A stretch of 64,000 nt of DNA from Phoronis australis. Lineage: Eukaryota; Animalia; Phoronida. The position numbers and the translations under genes were made by a program. Shown here in pieces: positions 52,495 to 64,000 of the stretch (positions within the stretch are counted from its first letter, which is position 1; every line of letters begins with the position of its first letter). Below the pieces are notes generated by a model. It saw only the letters and a program-made list of their open reading frames with translations, was not told where the DNA came from and ran no database searches. The stretch spans positions 310,001 to 374,000 of the forward strand of contig NMRA01000144.1 in the NCBI GenBank assembly GCA_002633005.1, given 5' to 3'.

Positions 52495-53450
52495 CTGAAT
52501 GCGTTTTTACAGCCGCAGGACTCTTCGTCGTCACCTTCTACGCAATCCAAGTAGCCGTCACACAGCTGAGCTTCCAATATACACGAGCCGTCTTGACAAG
52601 TATGTTGATGAGCTCCGCATCGAGTGCTGTGAGTGATGACATCACGTTCACATAAAACGTTAAGCGGACCATTCGGAAAATGTGCTTTTCTTCCTTGCCA
52701 TTCAGAATGTTTCAAGTACTCAGAATGGTTTAGAGGTCTGATCGTCCAAATGAATGGAGGGCTTGTATCGCAATCAAATTCAATGAATTCATAATCTACG
52801 ACATTTTCGTAAATGCCGTCCACTTGTAAAGATAGTGTTTTCCAAGCGTTTTTTCTGGGATTGATGACACGACATGTAGTATTGACCTTCTCCAACCAAA
52901 TTCCCCGATATTGTGGTTGGTGTTTCCATAGTGACAGGAGATATATTATGGCAGTGCTATCTTCGTGGGTGATCCTTGCCATTCTGCCCCCTTTTTCATG
53001 ACACATTCCTTTTGCGTTTGTGTAAGTCAGAGACGTAAATAGAGACTGCAGACTCGTTATCATTCTAACACAGTAACCGTTCATGAAAGTCCATTTGTCC
53101 GGACATCGGTGTTTAAGATGGATTTTAACTGTAAAATTATTGGGAGGGCCTTTGGGCAAAATGGAAGCTTTCTCGCAAATGTACAGAGAATTTGGAAAAG
53201 GATAGTTACATGGAAGTTTAGCCCAATGAGTTTTGTACTGCGGGCGAACGCTTGGTTCAGAAATGTACATCACTGTACAAAGCGAAAACTCTTCTCTGAT
53301 TGGCTGAAGTCGGTTACGAGGAATTATTGTTGAAATTTCGTCCCATTCTTCGAAAGTGGTCTCTTCTTCAGTGGTTCTGTCTGAATAAAGGTGGGTGTGC
53401 CAGTCAGAGAATCGAAACTGCGTACCGTCAATCCACGACCCGTCCCCACC
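52495..53450 (-). CDS. Gene B coding exon 2 of 3: CTL C-half, second CTL-like domain, first LDLa
   Basis: Acceptor tttattgcag|GGT at 53450 is phase 0; donor TTC AG|GTTTGC at 52495 is phase 2. Colinear with gene A exon 2. Confidence 0.88.
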
Positions 53451-54249
53451 CTGCAATAAAGTAAAATTGAATGTGCTATAAGTGCACAAAATGAATTTTA
53501 ATTTCTTAGTCAATACAGTACCAAATGACACTTTCCATTATTTAAGCTAATCGACATTATTTAAGCATGATCGTTCGTTGTAAAAGCTCATCATTTATTA
53601 TTTAAACAAGTTTTGCCGTAGTGCCTGATTAATTCAAAATTATATAGAAATTTGATGATCAATTCACTTCCTGAGCTAAATCACGAATTTTTAAACGTGT
53701 TACGAGGTTTAGTTCTGCTGATTTCCGTCGATTTAGATTGGTTTTGAACTGTGTAAGAAGAAACTCGATGAGGTTTTACGAGTTTTAACAAAGATTTGAA
53801 TTATTTCCACGAATACGTTCAGGTTATTCGCACTTAATTCCCAATAGTTCAAACTTTCCTCAGGACATCGATTAAATTTTTCCTCAGTTGTTGCACGTAC
53901 GTTGCAGACCCTGATCCCGACCTCGGTACCATCAAGGCAAACAACTCATGTGGCACATTTTGGTTACTTTCATGGAGTATGTTTTCCACATTTTAATTTA
54001 ATAGTCACAACATCTAGAAATGCAACAGTGCTACATATACGCTCATAATGCAGTGTAGAGCCCACATGATGAAGTATTGTCAATGGGGGCTATTTTAACT
54101 ACAACTGAGGACAACCACTCTCAGTGCCATACAAACCTGCTAAGGTGTTCTTAATTCCATTAATTGTCGCACTATGTAGAAGGGTATTGTAACAAACTCT
54201 TAAAACAACCAATCGTCTACACAAACAACATCAAACGAGCATTTCGTTC

Positions 54250-54950
54250 GCAACGTTTTCTCAACAACTGGTATGTCGTATTGTTTCATTCGTCGTTACC
54301 AACGTCAGGCTCTCACAAGTCACTGGTATCAAAAACGGTTGACCAACGCGGTTAGAAATATCGCATGTGTTGGAACACTTAAGGCCATTCTGCACGCACG
54401 AACAAGCTGTCAAAGGACAACTACACAAAAAAGTTGCAGAAATGCTTCTGGGGTGGGTGGAAATTCCATCCACTTGAAGTAAAGTATACCATCTTCATAA
54501 AGCATGGTCGATAGGCTTTGGAATGGCAAGGTTACGATCTAAAGCTATTTCGTACATCAAGTGGCAGCTTGTTTGATACACATGAGAAGTGTGCACAAGG
54601 AGGTAACTGACTTGGTTCTATTCAATCACACTTTGTACAGAATAGGTCTTGGCGGTGGTTTTTCACTCGTTGTTGTTGATGGTGGTAGGTACATTATGCA
54701 TGTTGCTCTCTGCCGACACGCTTCAGCTCTTCCGAGAGCGAGTCCTATCCGTCTGTTGCCACATGGAGGCACTGCAAGAGTCTTATGATTGAAGCTGTGT
54801 ACTGAAGGACAAAGTCGGTCAGCGGTGGCGACTAAAAGCGGAGCACAGAGCAAAGCCATGTTGCAGCTACTATTGCTTAGCACACTAGACGCACCACCAG
54901 AACCTGTGGTCAAACCACCAACACACTACCGCCAATAGATGCCAAGATAG
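54250..54950 (-). mobile_element. Academ-like transposase C-terminal remnant in gene B intron 1
   Basis: Minus-strand fragments EPSQLPPC, LAIPKPIDH, PPTPEAFLQL and CSCVQNGLKCSNTC resemble the Cys-rich end seen in 29772-32012. Termini not resolved. Confidence 0.5.
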
Positions 54951-56774
54951 TGTTTTCATTTTTCGATGGCAGCCATCATAAGCTCAGTTTCATGAAAGAG
55001 TCCCAAATGGGGACTCAACTAAGTTCCCTAAACCCACTGCTTGATTGTGGTCTTGTTAAAACTCTGATTGTCTTTTCTTATGATGTTTGAGACTCATTAC
55101 TAAGTCAAATTTTGGCTTTGATACAAATCGAGAGTGAAATTTATGTTGAATGCTCAACATCATCGAAAACGGAAGGGATCTTTTCATGCAACGCTAAGTC
55201 CCTAATTATCATGATTCAATTAAGGGCTCAGTTTTTGATAAAAGTATTAGAAAATATCATTAGTCAAGGAGAATCCTATAATGAAGATAAAAATATTGCA
55301 CCTGTAAGTGAAGAATGAAGCAAATAGGCAAAAGATTTAGGGAGCTTAGTTGAATCCCTATTTGGGACTGTTTCGTGCAACCGGTCCATGGAGTCCAGTG
55401 TGGCTTCCGTCCTGCAGGCGAACAAACAATTCATATTGGGTAATGAGCGCCAAGTCTTTATGTTTGCTTCCTGCCCGAGAACGAAGCAGGACTTCGAGTG
55501 CTCGAGACATGATAGCGCGCTCGTCTTGACAAAGAGGATGGCGAGCTTGGTGAATCAAGACCTCACACAACATTGCAGCCCGTCTGAACACAACGGGAGT
55601 TGAGCACGCATAGTTGCAGTAAAACGCTTACTGACTGTATAAAAATGAAGCGTTTAGAATTTATTCCCACACCGCGCCAATTCGATCAATACTAAATCGC
55701 AAACTTCAAATTGAAGTACATCACGTTAGCGATGGTAAATCGTCCCGTTGAAGGAATTAATTAGCTCCATTTGGTCCAAGGTTTTACCATTGAAATTAAG
55801 AAATCTAACTTGCTGCATTAAAACCTAAAACAAAGGGTTCCATCACTGCAAAAATGTGAATCAAAATAGTGGTTTTCTAAGATGGCACTGTGTGGGTCTG
55901 AACAGATTGAGGTACCCATCTTACAGTGTGTAGTTTGACTGATAAAGTCAGTTAATTTGCTAAAATTTTTAACTACATGTAAAAAAATCTGAAACACAAA
56001 TAACGGCGATGTGCACGATAAACGTTTTTGTTATAAATACAGCACCGACTCTGGCAATACGTATTTAACCTAAATAAATATGATTTAGTCCAAATGTGAA
56101 ATTAGCTCAGGTAAGAATCTAGCTATGAATCATTGTGTTGTATAATTTCAACACTCAGAACCCTCTTTAGATGTAATAGTCTTGGTCATGGTAACTTTTC
56201 GTTTGTTTGACAACATAGTGCACAGGAAATGCATTTTAAACGTTCAAATACGCCCATCAGATACCTACATTCCGCAATGGATATTTTTCTCCCATATCTA
56301 AATCGGGTTCATTTTTAACGACGAAGAGGTGTGAGTCTTCACTGAGAAGAAATTACTTTGGCATTCAACAGGGATTTTAATCCACGATCAACCGTCTTTG
56401 TTTCCGGAAGATCCCATTATCCTCCTCAGAAATTTTGGTTTTGAAACTGATCGAAGCCAAGGGCCACGAGAGAATCTTTGCAAGAAATTCTTGACATCCA
56501 TTGCTTTGAACTGAAAGTATAGAAATCTGAATTATGTTGTTTACTACTCTTATTTCTGTTAGGATTGTTCTCTCTCTTTCGCGAGAAACGCGAAGTATCC
56601 AGTACAGCTTAACTCAAAAAAATAACTGTGTGTTTCTTTCTTTTGCACCATGAATTCACGTGTGCGACTAACAATGGTTTTTGATATCCTTGCATTTACA
56701 GTGCACTTGCTGGAAAACAATCACTTATTAATGTTATAGAAAATTTCACGTTTGTGTAGTGCAGGACAACTTAC

Positions 56775-59447
56775 CTCCCCTTTCAAGCCAATATATATCA
56801 ACAAGTAAGGCTTTTGAAAAGCTCTGTTCCTCCAGTATGAAGCGAGCATTTGCTTCAGAAATGTCAGTTGGTTTTCGTCAGCTATACTCACTAACTGGGC
56901 CCCGTCGTTTTTACATTGTCTTTGCGCGTGGCCCCATGTGGCGGGCTCGCCTAATCTAAATTGACGTAACGAGTAACAGTTACCATTGCGTTGAAAGTAG
57001 TCCCTTGCGGGACAATCTGAAACGGAACTTTTGACGGGCGGTACTTCTACCTCAACGAGATCAAAGTCTAGGGTAAACCAGTATTTGCGTGCAATTTTGA
57101 TCTCAACATAGTCAGTGCTCACAGTGTAGACAACGTTTATACCGCCGTATTTTCTGTTTATCGAGTACACGTGTTCAGAGTACTTTTCTCCGCAGGGCTT
57201 TGCAAAGATTTTCTCCTTTACTGTCGGATGTCTACTTTCTTCATTATTGGCTGTGAAACGCAGTCGATACTGAAAGAACCTGGATGTCCCATTTGATTGA
57301 CAGTCTTGAGAATTACGGCGCAATATCAGCTGACATGCTCCAAGATTGGATTTCTCATTTACGAGAAGGGAAAAACGGCCACAAGACCGAGATGTCACGG
57401 GGTTGTTTATTTCGTCACAGTAAAGTTCAACGCATTGCTCCGAAAGTGGACTGGGGAAATTCAGATTTCGAAAAGCCAGCTGAGTACTTTCAGGCACTGG
57501 ACACGATGAAATTATCTCCGGAATTCTACTTTGCAGCTGTTCGTAGTCACAAATGGGTAAGTTGGGTGACGGCTGCAGATAAACTTGAAGACAACCCGTT
57601 TTAAATAGGCATTTGAATCCCGAGGACCAATCTTTCATGAATTGAATTTGCGACAGTTGGGTCAAGTTTGTAATAGGAAACGATTTTTGGATGCTCGTGT
57701 TGCTAAGCTCGTGCGGGATGTCAAGCAAATGAAAACAAGGACGGTGAGATACGTCCACGGCGTTGGGGGAGTCGGAGTACACCGGAATACAATCTGTTTC
57801 GGACACAAATGCCCTAACGTTAACATTTTCGTCAGTATTCTTAGTGACAAAGAATACAACAGTCATGTACTCTTGTGTGCTGAAAATTGTAGTCGGGTCA
57901 GAGCGTCTACAAAATGGGCCTCGCATTTTGTATTTGTCACTCGGAGCGTCGCCGTCGTAAACTGCGTAACCCAAAATATCACATGCATTGTCCAGATTCG
58001 TCGTCTTTTCAATTTTGAGCTTGACGAAATTGTGTTTGTTTGACGCTCGAAACACCCAAACGCAGTTCACAATCTGTTTTGTTACCTTAAAGATTATTTC
58101 TGTATACACAAATGTCACCATGACTTGCCTGCTAGCTGGCTTGTTGCACTCCCTGGGCACGTTCTTTACGTGATAAAGTGATTTGTAGTCGACGTTTAGG
58201 TGGACGCGAACACCGGATAAGACAGCCAAATATATCGTTAGTGAAGATGTTCGAAAAGTCTGTCGTCCAGTGGAAGCGTTGACGCTTAACAAAGGAACTT
58301 CCTGCTCGATCGAATAGGTAGCCCTACCACCATAAATGTATAAATGATATCCAGTTTCATTGTCTTCGTTCGAAAATTGGAAATACTCTGATGCGTTCCA
58401 AGACAAAAATATATCGTGACCAACGGGTACAGCAATTTCCCACACAAAAATGCCTTCATCGTTTCTTTGAAAGGAAGGGGTGCAGCGTTGCCCAGTGATG
58501 CAACTGATTGATCCTTCTGTTTGTACCGGGAGCTTCACCACTCCGCGGATCGTCTTGGAGGTAGATCTCTGATCAGTAGTATTATACTGCACTTCAAACC
58601 CGCCGGCAGTCCCTGTAACGTCACTTTCAAACACCACGAACACTCGATATGACTGAGGGTAAAGCTTTATATATTCAAGAACTCCACAATATCTTCCTAA
58701 CACAGGACTGTCGTTGGAGGGTCCATCATAAATTAGTAGCTTATCGTATTCACAACTTTTACCGGAATGTTCCAGCTCCACGTACTTGATAGTTATCACC
58801 ATTCGTTTGCCATTACCTACTGACAGCAATGCACTGCACCGAGTAAGCGGCTTGTAACCATTCTCCGTGGTAGTTCTGAAGACGCCGGAATTCCCTGCAC
58901 TTTGGTGGGAACAGTAATCAGCTGGTTGAAGTTTGTGAATCCCACGATACGTAATGAACAATCTCGATGCTGAAGAATGAAGGTGTCGAAAGATTATTGT
59001 CACAGCTGGCGTATCCATTAACCAAACGCGCTCCTTCATGTCTTTGACTGATCCACACAGGAAATATTGCAGTTCTGTTTTCAAAGGCACTGACGATGTC
59101 ATGAAGTGGTCATCGGGTGACATGCCTATCGACTCGATTTTTATGTAAGGTCCCGTGTCAGTATTACAAGAACTATTATGCGACACAAAGAAGTCGACAA
59201 ATAGCAACTCTATCCGTCTACCTTGCCCTGCTCTCAACTTCACGGTCCATTCCTGCTGATCTCCTTGAAGTTTTTGGTTAAACGCTAGGCCAACTGAAAT
59301 GTGACCGACGAATTCGTCCGTCTTCGGTGGTGGTTTCGGGCCTCCTTTAGGATTTCTGCCACCTTGGCACTTCGACATTTGCACCAATAGAAGAAACACA
59401 TGAAACTGGGCTATTATTTTGATAATTCTTTTTGCTTTACACTGCAT
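56775..59447 (-). CDS. Gene B coding exon 1 of 3: signal peptide, CUB-like domains and N-half of CTL domain 1
   Basis: Colinear with gene A exon 1. The ATG at 59447 (MQCKAKRIIKIIAQFHVFLLLVQMSKC) aligns with the gene A start. Donor GAG|GTAAGT at 56775/56774 is phase 0. Confidence 0.88.
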
Positions 59448-59565
59448 CTCGATTGAAAAAGGCGTCTCAGTTCTGAAAGACAAATTGGACAAGAGCAGAA
59501 AAATTTGGTATTCGTTGAACAAAGACAAGACGCTGAAGCTTACCAAACTTACCAAACTCTACATT

Positions 59566-59708
59566 CATGGGCGGCGCACCATAGGGGGCTGGGAGTCTAT
59601 AGCCCCCTCATATTTCATTGCTGCACCGCCCATGGCCTATGGGCGCTGCACCACAGGGGGGCTGGGGGCTACAGTCTCCCAACTTTTTTCAGTGCTGCGC
59701 CGCCCATG
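59566..59708. mobile_element. Dimeric mini-MITE with CATGGGCGGCGCA termini
   Basis: Two ~70-bp units, each with inverted ends; the whole is flanked by direct repeat ACATT (59561-59565, 59709-59713). Confidence 0.6.
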
Positions 59709-62351
59709 ACATTTCGGAGATTGTGAGTTCTCATATTCTACACAGCATTTACTGAAAAATATTCGCATGACTAATTGAAATGCCACGTGGTTAGTTGATG
59801 ACAAAAAAGGCAACAAATCATCTTTGAATATTTTATCAACCGCAGCCGCTGCGATTTGCGAAGAGCTAAAAAAAAAAATTTCAAAGTTGGATTCACCACC
59901 ACGAACGTTATCTATCTATGATCATGTCTCACAAATTCGGTAGTGAATAACCACGAACACAATAACAATCATACTGTCGTGCCCATTCTAAACTATAATA
60001 AAACAAGTACTGCTGTTAACCATTGCGCACTTAGTCAATAAACCCATTTTACTCTACCTGGTCTCGATCTAGCGCGCCGTCATACCAAACCCATACTCAG
60101 AACGTATGAATCTGTTCTAAAATCTTGATCAAAGAGGCTGCTGTCGGGCAGCTAATGCAAGAGACATGTATTGAATGCAACGTCCAACATGAAGTTACTG
60201 GTTATTTAGATTCATAGAACTCTACCCGTGGAATGCCAACTCCGATCCCACGGCCTCAGGGGTTGCGCCAAACATGCGAGAGAGTTGTTTGCATTCGTTT
60301 GTTCTGGTGTGTGTACTTGCTATGGATTATACTGTCATTAAAGCTTTTCGCAACTCCGCCGTTTCTCAACCGAATTCATCAGAGCCATATCATTAGAAGA
60401 CCTTTGTCAGTTGTTGATGATTGTACCAGAAGCATACCTGACTGGTTTAACAAAATTTTTTTAGTTCTTAAAACGAAGAGTGTTATCAAAATGCGAAAAA
60501 TAACAGCGTGTTAATAGTAACATAAAAAGGAAATGAACCACAGAGGTTATACAAATGACTAGATAAGCTACTAGGGAAATAATTTCCATGATTCAAAAGA
60601 TTTCTCCCCTATAAAGACAAAGGTTTTAGAAGATGGATCTCTCACAGTTGCTATGAAGAATTTAGTCAGGCATTCATCCAAAATTAAACATCTTTATATA
60701 TTAATTGGACCTTTGGTGCCGTTTGATACGGTTCTTCAGTAAAAATTTAGAACAGAGGGACATTTTCAATAATGTGATAATCTAATTACTCCAACTATCT
60801 GAAATTTCGGGATAAAGGCTTTCTGGAAGGTTAAAAATAAACAAATTTGATATCTTATGTGTAGGTTTGAAATGTACTGTGGATGCTAGATTATTACATA
60901 GATTGCAGTGTAGGACTTTAATGTAGAGACATTGGAACACATTATTACGATTGCTACGTTACTTAAGAAACTGGAAAATGACGATATCCATGACAAGGAG
61001 ACAAATGAACACCTGTTCCGTTGTTGTCAACATTCGAGAATGAAAAAACGTGACTGTCACTGGATTGAAAAGGGGGACTCCCGGTTACAAAGAGGGACAC
61101 CTGGGTCAATCAAAACGCAAATGTACAATTTTCGTCGGAACACACAAAAACATTCCGACAGCGTTTTTTGTCGAACAGGAGATGTTACACCCAAAAGCGC
61201 CCGACGGCGTTTTTTTTTTTGTTTTTGTCAGTCAAATAGGCAATTGTGGCTGTCTCAAAAACCATGAAACGTCCCGTTTTTTGTCAAACGGGAAAATAGT
61301 GCCATGTCGCGTGGAAAATTACAATAATATATGATAATGTCACTGTCTCCGTTTGTCAAAAAGCGAGACATTTTGATGGTGTGGCGGGGTGGCGGTAAAA
61401 ATCAAACAGTGGGATAGTCCGCCAAGAGCGGGAGAGTTGGCAAATACAATATACGCTGTCAGCAACATTAAGCATTGGATTGGATTTTTACACGGTAAAC
61501 TTCTTATTTTTTAAATTTTATTTGATTGGTATAGGTGTAAATTTTGCAGATAACATTCACTGCTAAGACATTGAATTTTCAAATAAACTATCCGGGCAAC
61601 AGGTAAACATTGCACAAATGAATTAATATAGAAGCAATAGAAAACAATAATAACAAACACAATCACACACACACTTAGCTACGCGAATACGAGTAGTTTT
61701 TCGAAAGTCACGCAAACACACCTGATAGTAGGAGTTAAACTTTTCATCTATAATTGCAGAACAAACACTTAGAAACCTAATGCCACTTCTTTGCCCAAAA
61801 TACAGTAACACGATTATAACACTCAAAAATGTTTTGTTCAAAAACTCCTAGCATGTAGATTGATAGGTTGTCGATAGTGGTTCCTAGACTGTAGATGAAA
61901 AGATATCAGAGCGCAAACTATTCCCGGTATCCGGCAAGGGCCACGGACCGGTGCGTATAAAGAATGGCCAATGTAGTCGTCGGGTTTGTTGAACCGTAGC
62001 TCAATAGTCTCGCTTGATGAACAAATATCTCACTTTGAAAATGAAGCAATGAAATTACGGCTTGATTTGATAACTACAACACTCGATCACGACTCAGTCA
62101 ATGACGCAGCTAGTCTCGGGATCGCCTCGTAGGCTCCCTGGTGTAAAAAACATGCAGGTATCATTCAGTAACACGCGTTTTATAACTGGTTGATGTAACC
62201 TCTACATTCATTGGTTAGCTTTACAACAAAAAAAAAAGAAAATGGCAAATTAAAATAATTTTTAGCCTTGTCATGCAAGTGGCGTAACAGCAACTATTTC
62301 GTTTCTACAGTAATGTTAAATAGCAGCGCTTGAAGCAAATACATGTACATT

Positions 62352-62822
62352 GTACCTAAACTACACGGTTAACCGACTCATAAACACGGTCACGAACGCA
62401 TGAACACGACTCACGTACCTGCAAACACCGTTCACTGACTCACAAACACGTCGGGAACGGCCTCACAAAACACGATCCATTCACCCAAGCACACGGGACA
62501 CGCACTCACATTCACGAAGAAACATGGTTAACGGACCGCCAAACACGGTTCACTCCAATAAAGCATGCCATAAACACGGGTCACGGACTCATCGGCTTCC
62601 TGGCGGTCAGCTGACATCTACATTTTGTCCGTAAACCGTGTTTGGTGGTCCGTGTTTCTTCGTGAATGTGATTCCTTGACCCGTGTATTTGGGTGAATGG
62701 GTCGTGTTTTGTGAGTCCGTTCCCGTGTTTGTGAGTCAGTGAAAGGTGTTTGCAGGTACGTGAGTCGTGTTCATGCTTCCGTGACCGTGTTTATGAGTCC
62801 GTTAACCGTGTAGTTTAGGTAC
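62352..62822. mobile_element. Foldback MITE with ~200-bp terminal inverted repeats built from short subrepeats
   Basis: gtacctaaactacacggttaac... is mirrored by ...gttaaccgtgtagtttaggtac; arms ~62352-62550 and ~62630-62822. Confidence 0.85.
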
Positions 62823-63049
62823 CTTGATGTACATGACACACATCTGGCCGATTGAACCGGTGTGTTATTCATACTGTGTGAATACAGGACAGCAACGTAA
62901 ACAAAAGTCAGCGACAGCACAAAAATGCACTCCGAGCTCATGAAAGGTGGTGGAGCTTGGTATGAAGAAATAACGATCTGTCAGATCTGTCCAATCCCAG
63001 ATATCACACATATTTTGACTAAGAAACAATGTGATACCTATTTCATAGC

Positions 63050-64000
63050 AGTATGTGGCCTAAATTGAAAGTTGTTTTCGACAGAAAACACGGGTTTAAT
63101 GCCGCTTGAAGAGATGACGACAAGAAAACGTCCAAACGGCTGGGAGCGATAGAGAATAGGATACACCACTGGAGAATTGCACCAGAGTACATGCAGGAGA
63201 AGCCCCACACCGCTAGAGGTCAGTGTACGAAACTGGAAGGAGGTATCACAAGTTGAAAGTCCTACAAAGTATATAAGAAGTATACAGTGCTACTGAAAAA
63301 GCTTTGGTTAATATTTCGTGTCATTTGGAAAGAAGGAAGATGCTGACAGCGTGAAAAGTTTCCGAGGGCCTAGGACAGCTTTATGTCAAAGAACAAAAAC
63401 GCATTGAAAATGGAACAGTTTAGAACAATTTTTTGATTAAGTGTGGAAGGAAAGATATTCTTCTCTGTGCTGGCCATGAGGATCACAGCATACCTTATGG
63501 AGAACACGTCGATCCAGAAGGCAAGAGTGCCGGGGTTTCAAGATGCGTGGAACGCATCAATGCGCTCACCCAACTGAACAGAGAAGCCAAGTTGTTATGT
63601 GTGGCTGGACGTCGAAAACGCCAATAGGTCGATTCCTCGTAATCTCATCGAGACAGCAGTGAAGCATCACCGTCTACTATCCACATTCAGAGAATGATTA
63701 AAGGTTATTTTAGCGGGACCAACCCGAGGTTTACGAATTGGGACAAGACCGCAGACTGGAACAGCGTCGAACGAGGTATTGTGGTTCGTTGCAAGATTCC
63801 CCCGTTCCTTTTCATCTTGGGGATAACTTTTTTGATAAAGGTTCATGGCGTGAGATAGACCAGAGGTCACAGATTGGGGCCATGAATCTCAATGCCTGTT
63901 ATTAGATTTTCGACGGAGGACTTTACGGTAGAGTGACGCACGTGAAAGGAAGGCATGTTGTGACGGAAGCAGCCACTTGAGACAGGATGACGTTTAAACC
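63050..64000 (+). mobile_element. Decayed non-LTR retrotransposon RT, R2/Hero-like, running off the window end
   Basis: Across frameshifts: EQFRTI..LSVEGKIFFSVLAMRITAYLMEN..IQKA.VPG..RCVE....LTQLNREAK...LDVENA..SIP. Confidence 0.7.

Overview
Eukaryotic (invertebrate animal-like) genomic DNA. The window holds two complete, tandem, minus-strand paralogous genes, each with three coding exons and identical intron positions and phases. Gene A is join(19716-17062, 9641-8683, 3986-1178), about 2140 aa. Gene B is join(59447-56775, 53450-52495, 51933-49116), about 2148 aa. The six long ORFs in the track are exons of these two genes. Each encodes a very large GRL101-like (type C LGR) rhodopsin-class GPCR: signal peptide, several CUB-like domains, two C-type-lectin-like domains, about 7 LDL-receptor class A repeats, LRRs, hinge, 7TM and a long Ser/Thr-rich tail. 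Introns and the ~29 kb spacer are filled with decayed mobile DNA: Ty3/gypsy elements with nested insertions, a Helentron/HINE-like element carrying a phased array of CTCF-like motifs, Academ, P-like, hAT, THAP and KolX-like remnants, CR1/L2-, L1/Tx1- and R2/Hero-like LINEs, SINEs and foldback MITEs. All calls were made by eye; no database searches were run.
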